A DNA stretch of 64,000 nt from positions 24,242 to 88,241 of the forward strand of contig QKEV01000015.1 of assembly GCA_003252295.1 (NCBI GenBank), read 5' to 3'. The position numbers and the translations under genes were made by a program. Below the pieces are notes generated by a model. That model searched no databases. It saw nothing but the letters and a program-made list of their open reading frames with translations, and was not told the DNA's origin. This stretch comes from a bacterium (GTDB taxonomy: Bacteria > Patescibacteriota > Minisyncoccia > Phycocordibacterales > UBA12088). Within the stretch, counting starts at the first letter, position 1; each line of letters begins with the position of its first letter. This document shows, piece by piece, positions 19,852 through 30,356 of this stretch.

Positions 19852-20289
19852 TTAGCAATTCGTGCAGAGCGTATTCCCTGCACTTACCCATGCACCAATG
19901 CCTCCTTGAAGGTCGACGACGTTGGTGAAGCCAAGTGACTCCATGAACATGAGTGTCTGACCACTCCTGTTTCCTGAACGGCAGTAGATTGCGTAGGGTG
20001 TGTTCTTATTGAGTTGTGAAATCTTGTCGCTAAAGTCTCCGGCATAGAAATCTATATTTTGTGCTCCTGCAATATGTCCCTCAGCGTATTCTTCCGGGGT
20101 ACGAACATCAATAATGGTTCTGTTATTCTTGGTTTCGTTTGCAAAATCAAGTGCTCCAACGCTTGCTATCATGCTCTTTGTTTCGTTAGTGGTGTGTGCT
20201 TGTAATGAGACGGTATCTGTTTTGATGAGGGCGTAACCGATAAAACCTACTGAAAATGCTAATGCTGCTAAGGTGAGTTTCTTTTCCAT
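19852..20289 (-). CDS. rhodanese-like domain protein
   Basis: IDVRTPEEY..GHI, YCRSGNRS, LQGGIGAW. Confidence 0.9.
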   Translation of the reverse strand: MEKKLTLAALAFSVGFIGYALIKTDTVSLQAHTTNETKSMIASVGALDFANETKNNRTIIDVRTPEEYAEGHIAGAQNIDFYAGDFSDKISQLNKNTPYAIYCRSGNRSGQTLMFMESLGFTNVVDLQGGIGAWVSAGNTLCTNC

Positions 20290-20303
20290 AGAGTACAAGT
20301 TGG

Positions 20304-20894
20304 TTATGAAAAGTCTGGCACTTCATGTGCATTGAATTCATCTAGTAATTTTTTCCCATACAGGAGTCGGTGTGCCATTTCTGCATGGTAGAGCGCACCG
20401 GTTAGAGCGTTGTGTGGTTCCGGTTCCTCAGGCATACCGAGGTAGGTTGCTATAGTTTCAATGTTGAGTGCACTGTGTCGTTTGGCAATAGGTACCTCTT
20501 TTCCGTGTAAGACGTAGTGCATGTACGCAAGGGAGTGCGTATCAATGGTGCGGTGTGCAAATGGGTAGTTGTAGCCAGCTCGCAGGCAGGCAGCCTTCAC
20601 ATAGTCACGGTCAAACGACACATTTTGTCCTAAGAACGTTTGGTCTTCAATCCCCTCTGCCCAGGTGAGGAACTGTGCAATGAGCTGTGCTTCCGTTTCC
20701 TTGGTATCATCAGTTGCCTCATCCTCGGTAAAGCCACAAACAGCAATAGCCTCTGGGTCTATGTGTGCACCCTCCCAAGCCTGACATTCAAGATAGATGC
20801 GATTTTTAGGGTTATTAAAATCAAGTGCTCCTAATGAGAGAATGGAGTGTTTTTCGTAGTTGGTGCCGGTGGCTTCAATATCTATAACAATCAT
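20304..20894 (-). CDS. DEDDh 3'-5' exonuclease
   Basis: DIEATG, GQNVSFD, HNAL. Confidence 0.85.
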   Translation of the reverse strand: MIVIDIEATGTNYEKHSILSLGALDFNNPKNRIYLECQAWEGAHIDPEAIAVCGFTEDEATDDTKETEAQLIAQFLTWAEGIEDQTFLGQNVSFDRDYVKAACLRAGYNYPFAHRTIDTHSLAYMHYVLHGKEVPIAKRHSALNIETIATYLGMPEEPEPHNALTGALYHAEMAHRLLYGKKLLDEFNAHEVPDFS

Positions 20895-20917
20895 GTGCCC
20901 TATTCTAACATATTTAT

Positions 20918-21292
20918 TTACTCTAACCCTTTACAGTTTGCTGCTGGGCGATATCCTGCTTTTTCTGCTTCTTCTTTTGATGCAAACCACACCTTATTCT
21001 CTTCTTTAATGCGTTGTGCTCCTGAGCACCATGGAAAATGGTATACTGAGCCATTTTTACTTGCTACAATAGTTCCTGATGATACTTCATTTATGTCATC
21101 TGAGATGATTGTGTCTGTATTGTAAATGATCGGGGTGGCACTCTCACAAGAAAGTATACTTGCTTTACTGTTTGTTTGAGCAGAAAGTCTACCGAGACCA
21201 AATGACAAGACCCCTAAGAGTGCAATAAGGAGTATGAGAGCAGTATTTATACCCTTGCGCGAGTAGAGTATCTCTGGTATGTTATTGACCAC
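20918..21292 (-). CDS. membrane-anchored Ada-like metal-binding domain protein
   Basis: TM then VASKNGSVYHFPWC...F.S.EEA..AGY. Confidence 0.75.
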   Translation of the reverse strand: MVNNIPEILYSRKGINTALILLIALLGVLSFGLGRLSAQTNSKASILSCESATPIIYNTDTIISDDINEVSSGTIVASKNGSVYHFPWCSGAQRIKEENKVWFASKEEAEKAGYRPAANCKGLE

Positions 21293-21350
21293 GTTAGGGA
21301 TAGTATAGCAGAGTATTGTCTGCTTCCCTGTAATGAAAAGATAAAGACAT

Positions 21351-21623
21351 ATGGCACATAGAAAAGCTGGAGGTTCAGCAAAAAACCTAAAGGATTCAAA
21401 CCCAAAATACTTGGGTACGAAGCTCTACGCTGGACAGAAGGCGAAGGCTGGTTCAGTGATCGTTCGTCAGCGTGGTACCAAGATCATGGCTGGTAAAAAC
21501 ACAGATACTGGCAAAGATCACACAATTTTTGCACTTAAAGAGGGTACTGTTTCTTTCAGGGAGGTAAGAAAGACACGTTTTGACGGAAAGACTTCAATGA
21601 AGAAGGTGGTAGATGTACTCTAA
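21351..21623 (+). CDS. rpmA: 50S ribosomal protein L27
   Basis: [25 protein letters not shown]. Confidence 0.97.
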   Translation: MAHRKAGGSAKNLKDSNPKYLGTKLYAGQKAKAGSVIVRQRGTKIMAGKNTDTGKDHTIFALKEGTVSFREVRKTRFDGKTSMKKVVDVL

Positions 21624-21636
21624 GGAAAATACATGA

Positions 21637-21678
21637 TTACAATAAAAAAGACGCTTAATGCGTCTTTTTTATTGTAAT
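21637..21678. terminator. bidirectional terminator between rpmA and rplI
   Basis: ttacaataaaaaagacgc-ttaat-gcgtcttttttattgtaa. Confidence 0.85.
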
Positions 21679-21695
21679 GGGTAGTTTGAGTACCG

Positions 21696-22148
21696 TTAGT
21701 CTTCCTCTTTTGTTACCTCAACAGTAATAGTTGCTTTAATACCTAATACTTCAATGTCTACCTGATGTTCCCCTACTTCTCCAAGTGGTGAATCAAGTAA
21801 AATAGCAGTTTCTGCAAGTTCTATACTGAGTTGCTCTTTGAGAGCTTCAGAAACATCTGCACGATGGAGTTTCTTGTAGAGGTGCCCTTGATCATCACAT
21901 TTGGTTGCGATAGTGACCTTTGCTTCCTCACCAAGTGTCTCAAATTTTTCTTTGAGAGCTGCTACACGTGCCTCCTCTTCTGCACGAAGTGCTTCACGCT
22001 TCTTCTCTAGTTCTGCTACGCGTGCGTCAGTTGCAGGTTCTGCAAGACCTCTCGGGTAGAGAAAATTGTTGGCATAACCATTGGCTACATCCACTACGTC
22101 ATACTGACGTCCAACACGTGGTATATCTTGTGTAAGTATTACTTTCAT
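21696..22148 (-). CDS. rplI: 50S ribosomal protein L9
   Basis: MKVILTQD..G...DVANGYANNFLYPRGLA. Confidence 0.93.
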   Translation of the reverse strand: MKVILTQDIPRVGRQYDVVDVANGYANNFLYPRGLAEPATDARVAELEKKREALRAEEEARVAALKEKFETLGEEAKVTIATKCDDQGHLYKKLHRADVSEALKEQLSIELAETAILLDSPLGEVGEHQVDIEVLGIKATITVEVTKEED

Positions 22149-22175
22149 ACGATCGTTTTTAGTGTGCAAAGCATA

Positions 22176-23480
22176 CTACTCTATTTCGTCCATTGCTTCA
22201 ACTGTTTCCGGTGTCTGAGTTTCTTCTTCAGTTACCGCCTGTATATCAACCTCTTCCCCTTGTGTATCCTGCGTCAGGTCCTCCAGGTTACCGGTGTTGA
22301 GGTAATATACCGCAGCTTCGAGTTGTGGATCTGCTTCTGCTTCAATATCTTCACGTGTTATATCTATCTCAAGATCAGGAGCGAGACCAACTTGAGAAAT
22401 GGAATTGCCGTTTGGTGTAAGCCAGCGTGCAACAGTTATCTTTATTGAGGTATCGTCAGTAACATTGACGAGTTCCTGTACTGAACCTTTGCCAAAGGTG
22501 TTCTTACCGATGAGTACCGCACGGCCGTGTTCACGAAGTGCTCCAGCGAGTATCTCAGAAGCACTTGCTGAACCACCATCTATGAGAACTGCTATCGTGA
22601 AGTCATCTTCAGAGAGATTGTATCCTTTTGAACGATGTGTGTAAGGTTCGGCAGTATCACCGTAGTCTTCAATAACAACTGTTTTGCCGAGTGGTAAAAA
22701 CCAGCTCGCTATTTCAACTGCTGCATCAAGGTAGCCGCCAGGATTACCGCGAAGGTCGAGGAGTAACTTATCTGATCCAGAAGCAACAAAATCTCTGAGT
22801 GCGGTGCGCATTTCCTTTGTCGCAGTAGCGCCAAAGTTGTAAAGTGCAATAGTAAAGATACCATCATCACGAAGTTCAGCGTGAATGGTTGGTATTTCAA
22901 TGGTGTCACGAATGATTTCAATATCAAGGAATTCGTTTTCCCCCTCACGAGCGATGGTGAGTGTAACTGTTGTTCCTACCTCACCTCGTATGATAGCCAC
23001 TGCTTCATCAGTGGACATGTTTTGTGTTGAGATACCATCAACACTTACGATGTAGTCACCAGAGAGGAGACCTGCTTCATCAGCAGGAGTTCCCTTGAGT
23101 GGTGCTATGACAGTAAGTAGTCCATCACGGATACCCATCTCTATACCTATTCCACCAAAGCTTCCCTCTATGTCCTCTTCAAACTGTCGTGATTCTTCAG
23201 GAGGAAAGAAGACGGTGTATGGGTCATCATATGAACTTGCCAACCCTTTGATAATCCCCCATACATGATCTTTGGTTGTGAATGTTTCCGTTGTTGATGC
23301 AGGGACAAATTTTTCTTCAAGAAGTCTCCATGCTTCCCACATTGGTGCAAGGTCAGCATTATACTCATTTGGTGTTACTGTCGATGTTGGTGCCTGTACT
23401 TTTTCTCCTGCAACAAAACCGAGCGTAAAAGAAAATGCAATGACTGCAAGTGTATAGAACCCCTTTTCAGTTGTCTTCAT
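22176..23480 (-). CDS. S41 carboxy-terminal processing protease with PDZ domain
   Basis: DPYT, GGIGI, DLRGNPGG, SASASEI, TFGKGSVQ. Confidence 0.93.
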   Translation of the reverse strand: MKTTEKGFYTLAVIAFSFTLGFVAGEKVQAPTSTVTPNEYNADLAPMWEAWRLLEEKFVPASTTETFTTKDHVWGIIKGLASSYDDPYTVFFPPEESRQFEEDIEGSFGGIGIEMGIRDGLLTVIAPLKGTPADEAGLLSGDYIVSVDGISTQNMSTDEAVAIIRGEVGTTVTLTIAREGENEFLDIEIIRDTIEIPTIHAELRDDGIFTIALYNFGATATKEMRTALRDFVASGSDKLLLDLRGNPGGYLDAAVEIASWFLPLGKTVVIEDYGDTAEPYTHRSKGYNLSEDDFTIAVLIDGGSASASEILAGALREHGRAVLIGKNTFGKGSVQELVNVTDDTSIKITVARWLTPNGNSISQVGLAPDLEIDITREDIEAEADPQLEAAVYYLNTGNLEDLTQDTQGEEVDIQAVTEEETQTPETVEAMDEIE

Positions 23481-23578
23481 AGGTAATATGGTACCACATA
23501 ATACTCTCAACACTTACTCACATTACTTGTGGGGTAATACCTTAGTCCTTTGGTATACTATATGTAATTAGTTTCAGT

Positions 23579-24496
23579 ATGATTACGAGACAGACACATG
23601 GTGAACTTGTTTGGGTGGACGTAGTTTCTCCAACAGGTGAAGAGGTTCGTGAACTTATGGAAGAGTTCACACTTGATCCGCTCATTGCGGAGGAGCTTAT
23701 GGTTCCTTCCGTACGTAACAGGGTAGATGCACGAGATGACTACTTTTATGCAGTATTTCACTTCCCTACCTTCAAGCATTTGCATGATGTTGCTTCTGAG
23801 CCACTCGAACTTGACTTTATTGTTGGTAAAAAATGGATCATTACTGCGCGCTACGTCAAGATCGACCCATTGCATCAGTTTTCAAAATTATTTGAGATCG
23901 AAACTATTTTGAATCGTAAGGAAATGGGTGAGCATGCTGGAAACGTGTTCTACTACATGTTGAACGAGCTCTACAAGACCCTCTTTGATGAGCTCATGCA
24001 TATAAGTGCTCGTCTTGATGTTGCCGAGGAACGTATTTTTGAAGGGTATGAACAAGAGATGGTGAGAGAACTTTCTAATATCAGTCGTGACCTTTTGAAC
24101 TATAAGCAGGCACTCGATGTGCATGAGGGTATGCTTCACTCACTTGAAACACCGGGTGTTGCCCTCTTTGGGTATGAGTATGCACGCAGTATCCGCAACG
24201 TAGCTGGTGAGTATACGCGTCTTGATAATGCACTTCGAAGTAACACAGCATCTCTTCAAGAGCTACGTGACACGAACAACTCACTCTTGAGTACGAAACA
24301 AAATGAGATAATGCAGATCTTTACCATCATGGCGTTCGTCACCTTCCCTCTTTCCCTCATTGCTTCTGTGTTTGGAATGAACTCAATACACATGCCTATC
24401 ATTGGAAATGAGTGGGATTTTTGGATCATAGTTGGCATCATGTTTGCAGCAGCAACTGCCTTTTTTGCCTTCTTCCGATACAAAAAATGGATTTAG
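23579..24496 (+). CDS. corA: CorA family Mg/Co transporter
   Basis: FGMN motif and two C-terminal TMs. Confidence 0.88.
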   Translation: MITRQTHGELVWVDVVSPTGEEVRELMEEFTLDPLIAEELMVPSVRNRVDARDDYFYAVFHFPTFKHLHDVASEPLELDFIVGKKWIITARYVKIDPLHQFSKLFEIETILNRKEMGEHAGNVFYYMLNELYKTLFDELMHISARLDVAEERIFEGYEQEMVRELSNISRDLLNYKQALDVHEGMLHSLETPGVALFGYEYARSIRNVAGEYTRLDNALRSNTASLQELRDTNNSLLSTKQNEIMQIFTIMAFVTFPLSLIASVFGMNSIHMPIIGNEWDFWIIVGIMFAAATAFFAFFRYKKWI

Positions 24497-24586
24497 TTGC
24501 TACAAGCTGTTGCTGTTTACACTAAGGACGAAGCACTCCCCTTCTTCCTTTTATTTTTTTATTCCTAGCTATATACTGCACATAAC

Positions 24587-26068
24587 ATGATCCCAATACT
24601 TTTTACAGGTTCGGTAGATGCCACACAGGACGCAAAACCACCTTTGAAACTCTTTAACACCCTTTCTCGAGAAAAGGAGATTTTTACTCCGCTCAAGGAC
24701 GATTATGTACGAATGTACAACTGTGGACCAACAGTGTATGACAGGATACACATTGGGAATCTTCGAGCATTTGTGTTTGCTGATATACTACGCCGCGCTT
24801 TTCTTTTGAATGGGTACAAGGTGATGCAGGTGATGAATATTACTGACGTTGGCCACCTCACCTCAGATGCTGATGAGGGTGATGATAAGATGAGTCTTGC
24901 GGTTAAGCGTTCAGGGAAAGAACTTACACTCGCATCAATGTATGAGGTTGCTACTGAGTTCATGGAGTACTTTCTTGAAGATGTTGATGCGCTCAATATT
25001 AAACGACCGAGTGTTATCCCACGAGCGTCTGAGCATATAACTGGAGACATTGCACTCATTGATACCCTTATGCAAAAAGAATATGCCTATGAGACGAGTG
25101 ATGGAGTGTACTTTGATACCACACGCTTTAAAGAGTACGGGAAGCTTGGTGGAATGGATCTGAAGGGTCAGAAATCAGGAGCACGAGTTGCAGTGAATGA
25201 AGAAAAACGAAATCCTGTTGACTTTGCTCTCTGGAAGAAAAATGATGAACTTGGGTGGGATAGTCCTTGGGGTAAGGGTTTCCCTGGTTGGCATATAGAG
25301 TGTTCTGCGATGGCAATGGAGTATCTCGGTAAGGAGATAGATGTGCATACAGGCGGTATTGATCTTTCAGGAACACATCACAACAATGAGATAGCACAGA
25401 GTGAGTGTGCCACAGGTAGACCGTTTGCGCATTACTGGATGCATAATGAGTATGTGAGTATAGAGGGGTCAAAGATCGGTAAATCACTTGGTAATGCGGT
25501 GGCACTCAAACAGCTTATAGAGCATGGTTACAATCCACTCGCTTACCGGTACTGGCTCTTAACGGGTCACTATCGTACAAAGGTAAACTTTAGCTTTACT
25601 GCTCTTGATGCATCACAGAAAGCACTCACTCGATTGTACCGGTACTTTGCTGAGTATCTTCGCAAGGCGCGTGGTGGAACTATTAGTGAGGAGTACGCTC
25701 TTCGTCTCCTAGAGGCTGTGAACGATGATCTGGATACACCTCGTGCACTTGCACTCCTCTGGGAACTTGTAAAAGATGAAGCGATCATTCCTCAAGATAA
25801 ACGTGCAACACTGCTTCATTTTGACAAGGTGCTTGGTCTTGGTTTACTTGCGCTTGCAAAGAAAGATGCTGAAGCGGTTTCGGTTTCCGTGGAAGGTACC
25901 GTTTCCCTCGACGAGCTTTCTGAAGAGGTACAGCAACTCGTAGAAGATCGTGAGGTGGCAAGAAAAGAGAAAGACTGGAACAGAGCTGATGCACTCCGTG
26001 ATGAACTCAAGGAAAAAGGTTTTGAAGTGAAAGATGGAGAAGACGGTCCTAAGGTAGTGCGGGTCTAG
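24587..26068 (+). CDS. cysS: cysteinyl-tRNA synthetase
   Basis: CGPTVY, HIGN, DFALWK, GWHIECSAM, KIGKS. Confidence 0.97.
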   Translation: MIPILFTGSVDATQDAKPPLKLFNTLSREKEIFTPLKDDYVRMYNCGPTVYDRIHIGNLRAFVFADILRRAFLLNGYKVMQVMNITDVGHLTSDADEGDDKMSLAVKRSGKELTLASMYEVATEFMEYFLEDVDALNIKRPSVIPRASEHITGDIALIDTLMQKEYAYETSDGVYFDTTRFKEYGKLGGMDLKGQKSGARVAVNEEKRNPVDFALWKKNDELGWDSPWGKGFPGWHIECSAMAMEYLGKEIDVHTGGIDLSGTHHNNEIAQSECATGRPFAHYWMHNEYVSIEGSKIGKSLGNAVALKQLIEHGYNPLAYRYWLLTGHYRTKVNFSFTALDASQKALTRLYRYFAEYLRKARGGTISEEYALRLLEAVNDDLDTPRALALLWELVKDEAIIPQDKRATLLHFDKVLGLGLLALAKKDAEAVSVSVEGTVSLDELSEEVQQLVEDREVARKEKDWNRADALRDELKEKGFEVKDGEDGPKVVRV

Positions 26069-26137
26069 CTATTGAATATACCAATGAACATACCTGTGGT
26101 TGTTCATTGGTACTCTGTGTGCTGTATGAAAGGAGTA

Positions 26138-27496
26138 CTACTCCTCCTTCCCTATCTCAAGTCGCTTTGCAAGGAGCGGTGTAAGCGGTGGTTCGATGAT
26201 GAGTGTGTAGAGCATAACCCATACACCGATTGAGAAGATGAGTTCAATGTGGTGTGTAAATCCTGAAGCGAAGATGTAGAGCATAAGCACTGCTGCAATA
26301 GCCCCTGTTTCTCGAATGAATGAGAGAAAGAGCACTTCTCTCCATGAGAGGAGTGAATGTTTAGCGATCATCCATGGCAGAAGTGAAATGTAGACAACAA
26401 GAGGACGGACAAAAAACATAAAGGCGATAGACGCGAAGGTGCCGATGAATATAACATTTGGTTGTGCAAGTGTTGCGAGTGGTACGAGTGCACCAAGGAG
26501 GATGAACACCGTTGGACGCAAGAGTTTTTCCACTAAGCTTTCAAAGAAGAGGTGTACCTCGCGAGCTCGGTGATGTACTTCGTATGTGAGTCCGGCAACA
26601 AATGCAGCGAGAAAACCAGCGCCAGGAATGAGAGAGCCAAGTGCGAGACAAAGTATTGGTACAGAGATAAAGAGCGCAGGATCAGACCAGTGTTTCTTGC
26701 CGACAGTCTCACCCCAAGTTCGTAGTATCCATCCGCCAAGAAGACCAACCATGATACCCCAAACAGTAACCACAGAGAAAAAATCGAGAGCGGTACGTGA
26801 AAATAGTGTAGAAAATTCTTCACTCACTGAGTAGGTTGCAGTTGTTGCGGTGGCACCGAGTGCGGCAATAAGGAAGAAACGTGTAATAACCATACCCACA
26901 ACATCATTCACTGCGCTTTCAGAAACGGCTATATCTTTTAAGAACGGTCGTTTAAAGTGTAGGTGCTCAAGTGTTGGAAGTATGGTTGTTGGGTCTATTG
27001 ATGAGAGAATTGCTGCAATAAGAATGAGAGATATGGCTGATATGTTAAAGCCATATAGTGCAGTAATAACTGAAAGGATCACTGCAAAAATAAGTACACT
27101 GAGCATTGTTCCAAGAAGTGACAGTGTTGCTATTGGTGCAAAATACTTCTTAAAGTTCTTTACCGGGACAGTTATACCAGCAGTAAACAGGATAAATGCA
27201 GCAAATAGTTCAATGAGTACAAGAAGTGCATTTTTATCAGAGAGGAGGTAGTGGAATGGTGTTTGCAGTGCTATACCAAAGAGGATTGCCCATGCAAACA
27301 GTGGCATGGTGACATACTTCTCAATGCGCGTTATTCCTATTGCCACAAGGAGAAGGAGTGAGATTGAAAAGTAAAATCCTGCAGGTGATAGAGCGAGTGT
27401 CTCTGTAAAGAACGGTGAGGTTTTTGTTGCTAAAGAGAGTCCAAACATGAGGACAAGAAGCAGTATTGTTGGGAAGTATTTATTGAGTGTTTTCAT
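26138..27496 (-). CDS. CPA1/NhaP-type cation:proton antiporter
   Basis: Multi-TM protein with SIDP and ESAVND motifs. Confidence 0.8.
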   Translation of the reverse strand: MKTLNKYFPTILLLVLMFGLSLATKTSPFFTETLALSPAGFYFSISLLLLVAIGITRIEKYVTMPLFAWAILFGIALQTPFHYLLSDKNALLVLIELFAAFILFTAGITVPVKNFKKYFAPIATLSLLGTMLSVLIFAVILSVITALYGFNISAISLILIAAILSSIDPTTILPTLEHLHFKRPFLKDIAVSESAVNDVVGMVITRFFLIAALGATATTATYSVSEEFSTLFSRTALDFFSVVTVWGIMVGLLGGWILRTWGETVGKKHWSDPALFISVPILCLALGSLIPGAGFLAAFVAGLTYEVHHRAREVHLFFESLVEKLLRPTVFILLGALVPLATLAQPNVIFIGTFASIAFMFFVRPLVVYISLLPWMIAKHSLLSWREVLFLSFIRETGAIAAVLMLYIFASGFTHHIELIFSIGVWVMLYTLIIEPPLTPLLAKRLEIGKEE

Positions 27497-27524
27497 AGGT
27501 ACATAATAATAATTAATGTGCGCT

Positions 27525-30293
27525 CTATCCTATGCCATAGCGCATTTGAACTTGACGTTCAATTTCTGATAATGGTTTTCCATATTTTTGCAGTGACAGC
27601 TGCTTTATGTGTAGGGCACGTTCAGGACTCTTTGCGGGACCAGGTGGCACAAGAATCGAAAATGGTTTTTGTGGTACTCCGTTTGCGAGGATCTTTACAT
27701 AAGCATTACGGTTCTCAATATTCATGATATCTTGGGCAGCAAAAACTGGTTGGAACTGAGTCTGTAAAAATTCTGCATCTTCAGCACCGACACGGAATGT
27801 TGCAAGTGATCCGACGTTACCAAAAATTGAATCACGAATACCTGGGTCGATTTGTGCAATGAACTGGTGAGCTATATTGAGTGAAAGTTTATACTTTCTT
27901 GCCTCAGAAAGTATTGCTGAAATAGAGTCAGTGGTAATGTTTTGAAACTCATCAATGTAGAGATGAAATGCTGGAAGGTCGGTTGCAAGAGCATCAACTC
28001 GGGAAAGTGCAGCCATGAGTATTTTCCCAACGAGTACCATACCAAGAAGGTTTGCGTTTATCTCTCCCAACTTACCTTTACTCAGGTTGACGAGGAGTAT
28101 CTTTCGAGAATCCATCACTTCGCGCATGAGGAAGCTGCTCTTTTGTTGGGCAATGATCGGTCGCATGATGTCGTTTGCGGTGAAGATATCAAATTTATTA
28201 GTGATGTACGGCACCATGTTTTGGAGTGATGCTTCACCTTGTGCCTTTGTTGCAATTTCACGCCAGAATTGATTTACTATCGGATTTTTACTGCGTGCAA
28301 GTTTTACCTCACGGTACTTTGCATCTGCAAGTACTCGGGATATATCAAGCATGGTGCTTCCTGTACTTGGGTCCTCAAGTACGAGAGCAGTTGCATTTCT
28401 GAAGTACTGTTCAAATGCAGGTCCCATACTTTCAGGAGTTCCAGCGTAGAGTTTCTTGAATATAGAAAAAAGCTCGTTAATGACGAAGGTTTTTTGCTCT
28501 GGGTAACGTGCATCATACTCCAGCATGTTGAGACCGATGACGTGTTGTGTGTTTGTTGGATCAAAGTAGATGACATCGTCCATACGATGTTCAGGTATTG
28601 ATGCGAGTACATCTTCTATGTCTGAACCATGTGGGTCGATGAAGCATACTCCATCCCCTGCCTCGATATCCTGCTGTATGAGGTTTTTCATGAAGTATGT
28701 TTTACCAGTACCAGTTTGTCCTATGATGTAGAGATGACGCAAGCGGTCCTCTGGAGTGAGGTATGCTTTTGTTTCAACACCTCTAAAGTGGTTGCTGCCA
28801 AGCAGTGTGCCGCTCGTAGGTAAGCCAATAGGGGCCGGTGCTTCTGCCGTGCGACTTCGTTTCAATTGCGGTGTAGCTGCAAGCGAATGAGATGGGAAAT
28901 GTATGAGTCCAGTAAGTTCAGCAAGGGAAAGTGGCATACTCTGCTTGCTTGAGAATTCACGAAAGGTGTACTGATGTGCAAGCTTCCTTGCTTTGCTACC
29001 TGCCAAACGTTCAAACCGCATGCGGTTACCGTTTGCATTGTAGAACTGATTAAAGGAACTCTCTATATCTCGAAGTATAGTTTCGGATCGTTCCATGGTG
29101 GCGGCACTTGCCACTAGACGAATATTAACCTCAGGTATTGCTGTAGCAAGTTTTTTACGTATCTGCTCAACGAGTGTTTGGTCAACGTGTGGCGGTTCTT
29201 CAGGTGTTTCAGGTTTTTTTTGTGTTGAAAGTATGTCTTTAAAGGTATGTAGCACTTCAGCGGTAAAATCTTTCGGTGTTTCTTTTATTGCTTGAGAAAG
29301 TGATTTTCCTTTTTCGATTTTTTCTAGAACTTTTTGACAGTACTTTTTGTGTCCGCTGCCAACAGGGTTTACGATAAACTGTACAGCAGCTCCCTCTCCG
29401 ACGGTTGCTATTTTGGTGAGTGTGTTCACTAAGGTTGAGAGCGGGTCATGATCAAATTCCGTGTAGTCTTTGAGAGGAAGCAAGTAGGGGTGTTTGAGAG
29501 TTGCATACGAGACTGCATAGGCACCATCATGGAGGAACACATTGTAGTCGTTTGGGGCAAGGTGGGCACGTGCTCGGGGAAATGTTGAAAGCAGCTGTTT
29601 TTCAAACAGGTCCTCCTTGTCTCTCGGTACTGCAAGATAGAAGACAATATCTTCTCGCTCACCTGAAACAGCAACTTCAATGGAAAAGTAACGATCCCCT
29701 TTTGTCTTGAGTTCTGTGTCAACTGAAAACATGCCAAGGTAGAATTGCTCCATTACTGAGATGGTTTCCTTGAGTGTCTTCTGCCCCTCTTCAGGTGTTG
29801 GTTCTGGGAGTGTTACCTCAAAGAGTGTCATATTGAGAACATTCCAGAGCGGTGTTTTTTCCTTGATCTGTGGTGTGTCGTGGTATCTTGCAACGTACTG
29901 CACGAGCGCACGATGAAAATCATCTTCTAGGTGGGGATTTTGCATACGCTCGGCAACGGTGAGTGCATTCTTTATTCCCTTTTCCTCAAGTATTCCCAAA
30001 AGCTCTTCCATCACTTGATCATCCTTGTCTGGACTGAGTTCAAAATCACGAAGGATTGAATCAACCTCATTGTTACTTACTGCATGTGATTCATGGAGCA
30101 CCTCATGACTTGGCTGTTCTTTGTAGTTTTGGAGTTCTTCATAGATGAGTGCATTCTTTTCTGGAGTGTGACCCGCAGTCTTAAGCTGACGCTCTTTCTC
30201 AGCGACTTGGGCACGCAAAAATGCAATCTCCTCAGCAGGTGATGTAAAACGCTTATCACCACGCTCGGGATGTTCTCCGAACGGTTCTGGCAT
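27525..30293 (-). CDS. VirD4/TraG/HerA-like P-loop ATPase
   Basis: HLYIIGQTGTGKT, IDPHG, LYIDEFQN, SEARKY, AHQ. Confidence 0.85.
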   Translation of the reverse strand: MPEPFGEHPERGDKRFTSPAEEIAFLRAQVAEKERQLKTAGHTPEKNALIYEELQNYKEQPSHEVLHESHAVSNNEVDSILRDFELSPDKDDQVMEELLGILEEKGIKNALTVAERMQNPHLEDDFHRALVQYVARYHDTPQIKEKTPLWNVLNMTLFEVTLPEPTPEEGQKTLKETISVMEQFYLGMFSVDTELKTKGDRYFSIEVAVSGEREDIVFYLAVPRDKEDLFEKQLLSTFPRARAHLAPNDYNVFLHDGAYAVSYATLKHPYLLPLKDYTEFDHDPLSTLVNTLTKIATVGEGAAVQFIVNPVGSGHKKYCQKVLEKIEKGKSLSQAIKETPKDFTAEVLHTFKDILSTQKKPETPEEPPHVDQTLVEQIRKKLATAIPEVNIRLVASAATMERSETILRDIESSFNQFYNANGNRMRFERLAGSKARKLAHQYTFREFSSKQSMPLSLAELTGLIHFPSHSLAATPQLKRSRTAEAPAPIGLPTSGTLLGSNHFRGVETKAYLTPEDRLRHLYIIGQTGTGKTYFMKNLIQQDIEAGDGVCFIDPHGSDIEDVLASIPEHRMDDVIYFDPTNTQHVIGLNMLEYDARYPEQKTFVINELFSIFKKLYAGTPESMGPAFEQYFRNATALVLEDPSTGSTMLDISRVLADAKYREVKLARSKNPIVNQFWREIATKAQGEASLQNMVPYITNKFDIFTANDIMRPIIAQQKSSFLMREVMDSRKILLVNLSKGKLGEINANLLGMVLVGKILMAALSRVDALATDLPAFHLYIDEFQNITTDSISAILSEARKYKLSLNIAHQFIAQIDPGIRDSIFGNVGSLATFRVGAEDAEFLQTQFQPVFAAQDIMNIENRNAYVKILANGVPQKPFSILVPPGPAKSPERALHIKQLSLQKYGKPLSEIERQVQMRYGIG

Positions 30294-30356
30294 ACCACAA
30301 GTATACCAAGAAGAAGTGGTTGATTTTTTTGTTTACAGAGTGGCGTGTGGACACTA

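Noticed and set aside
27525-30293. Conjugative element
   Set aside because: A lone VirD4/HerA-like ATPase between mreB and an antiporter, with no relaxase or virB genes.
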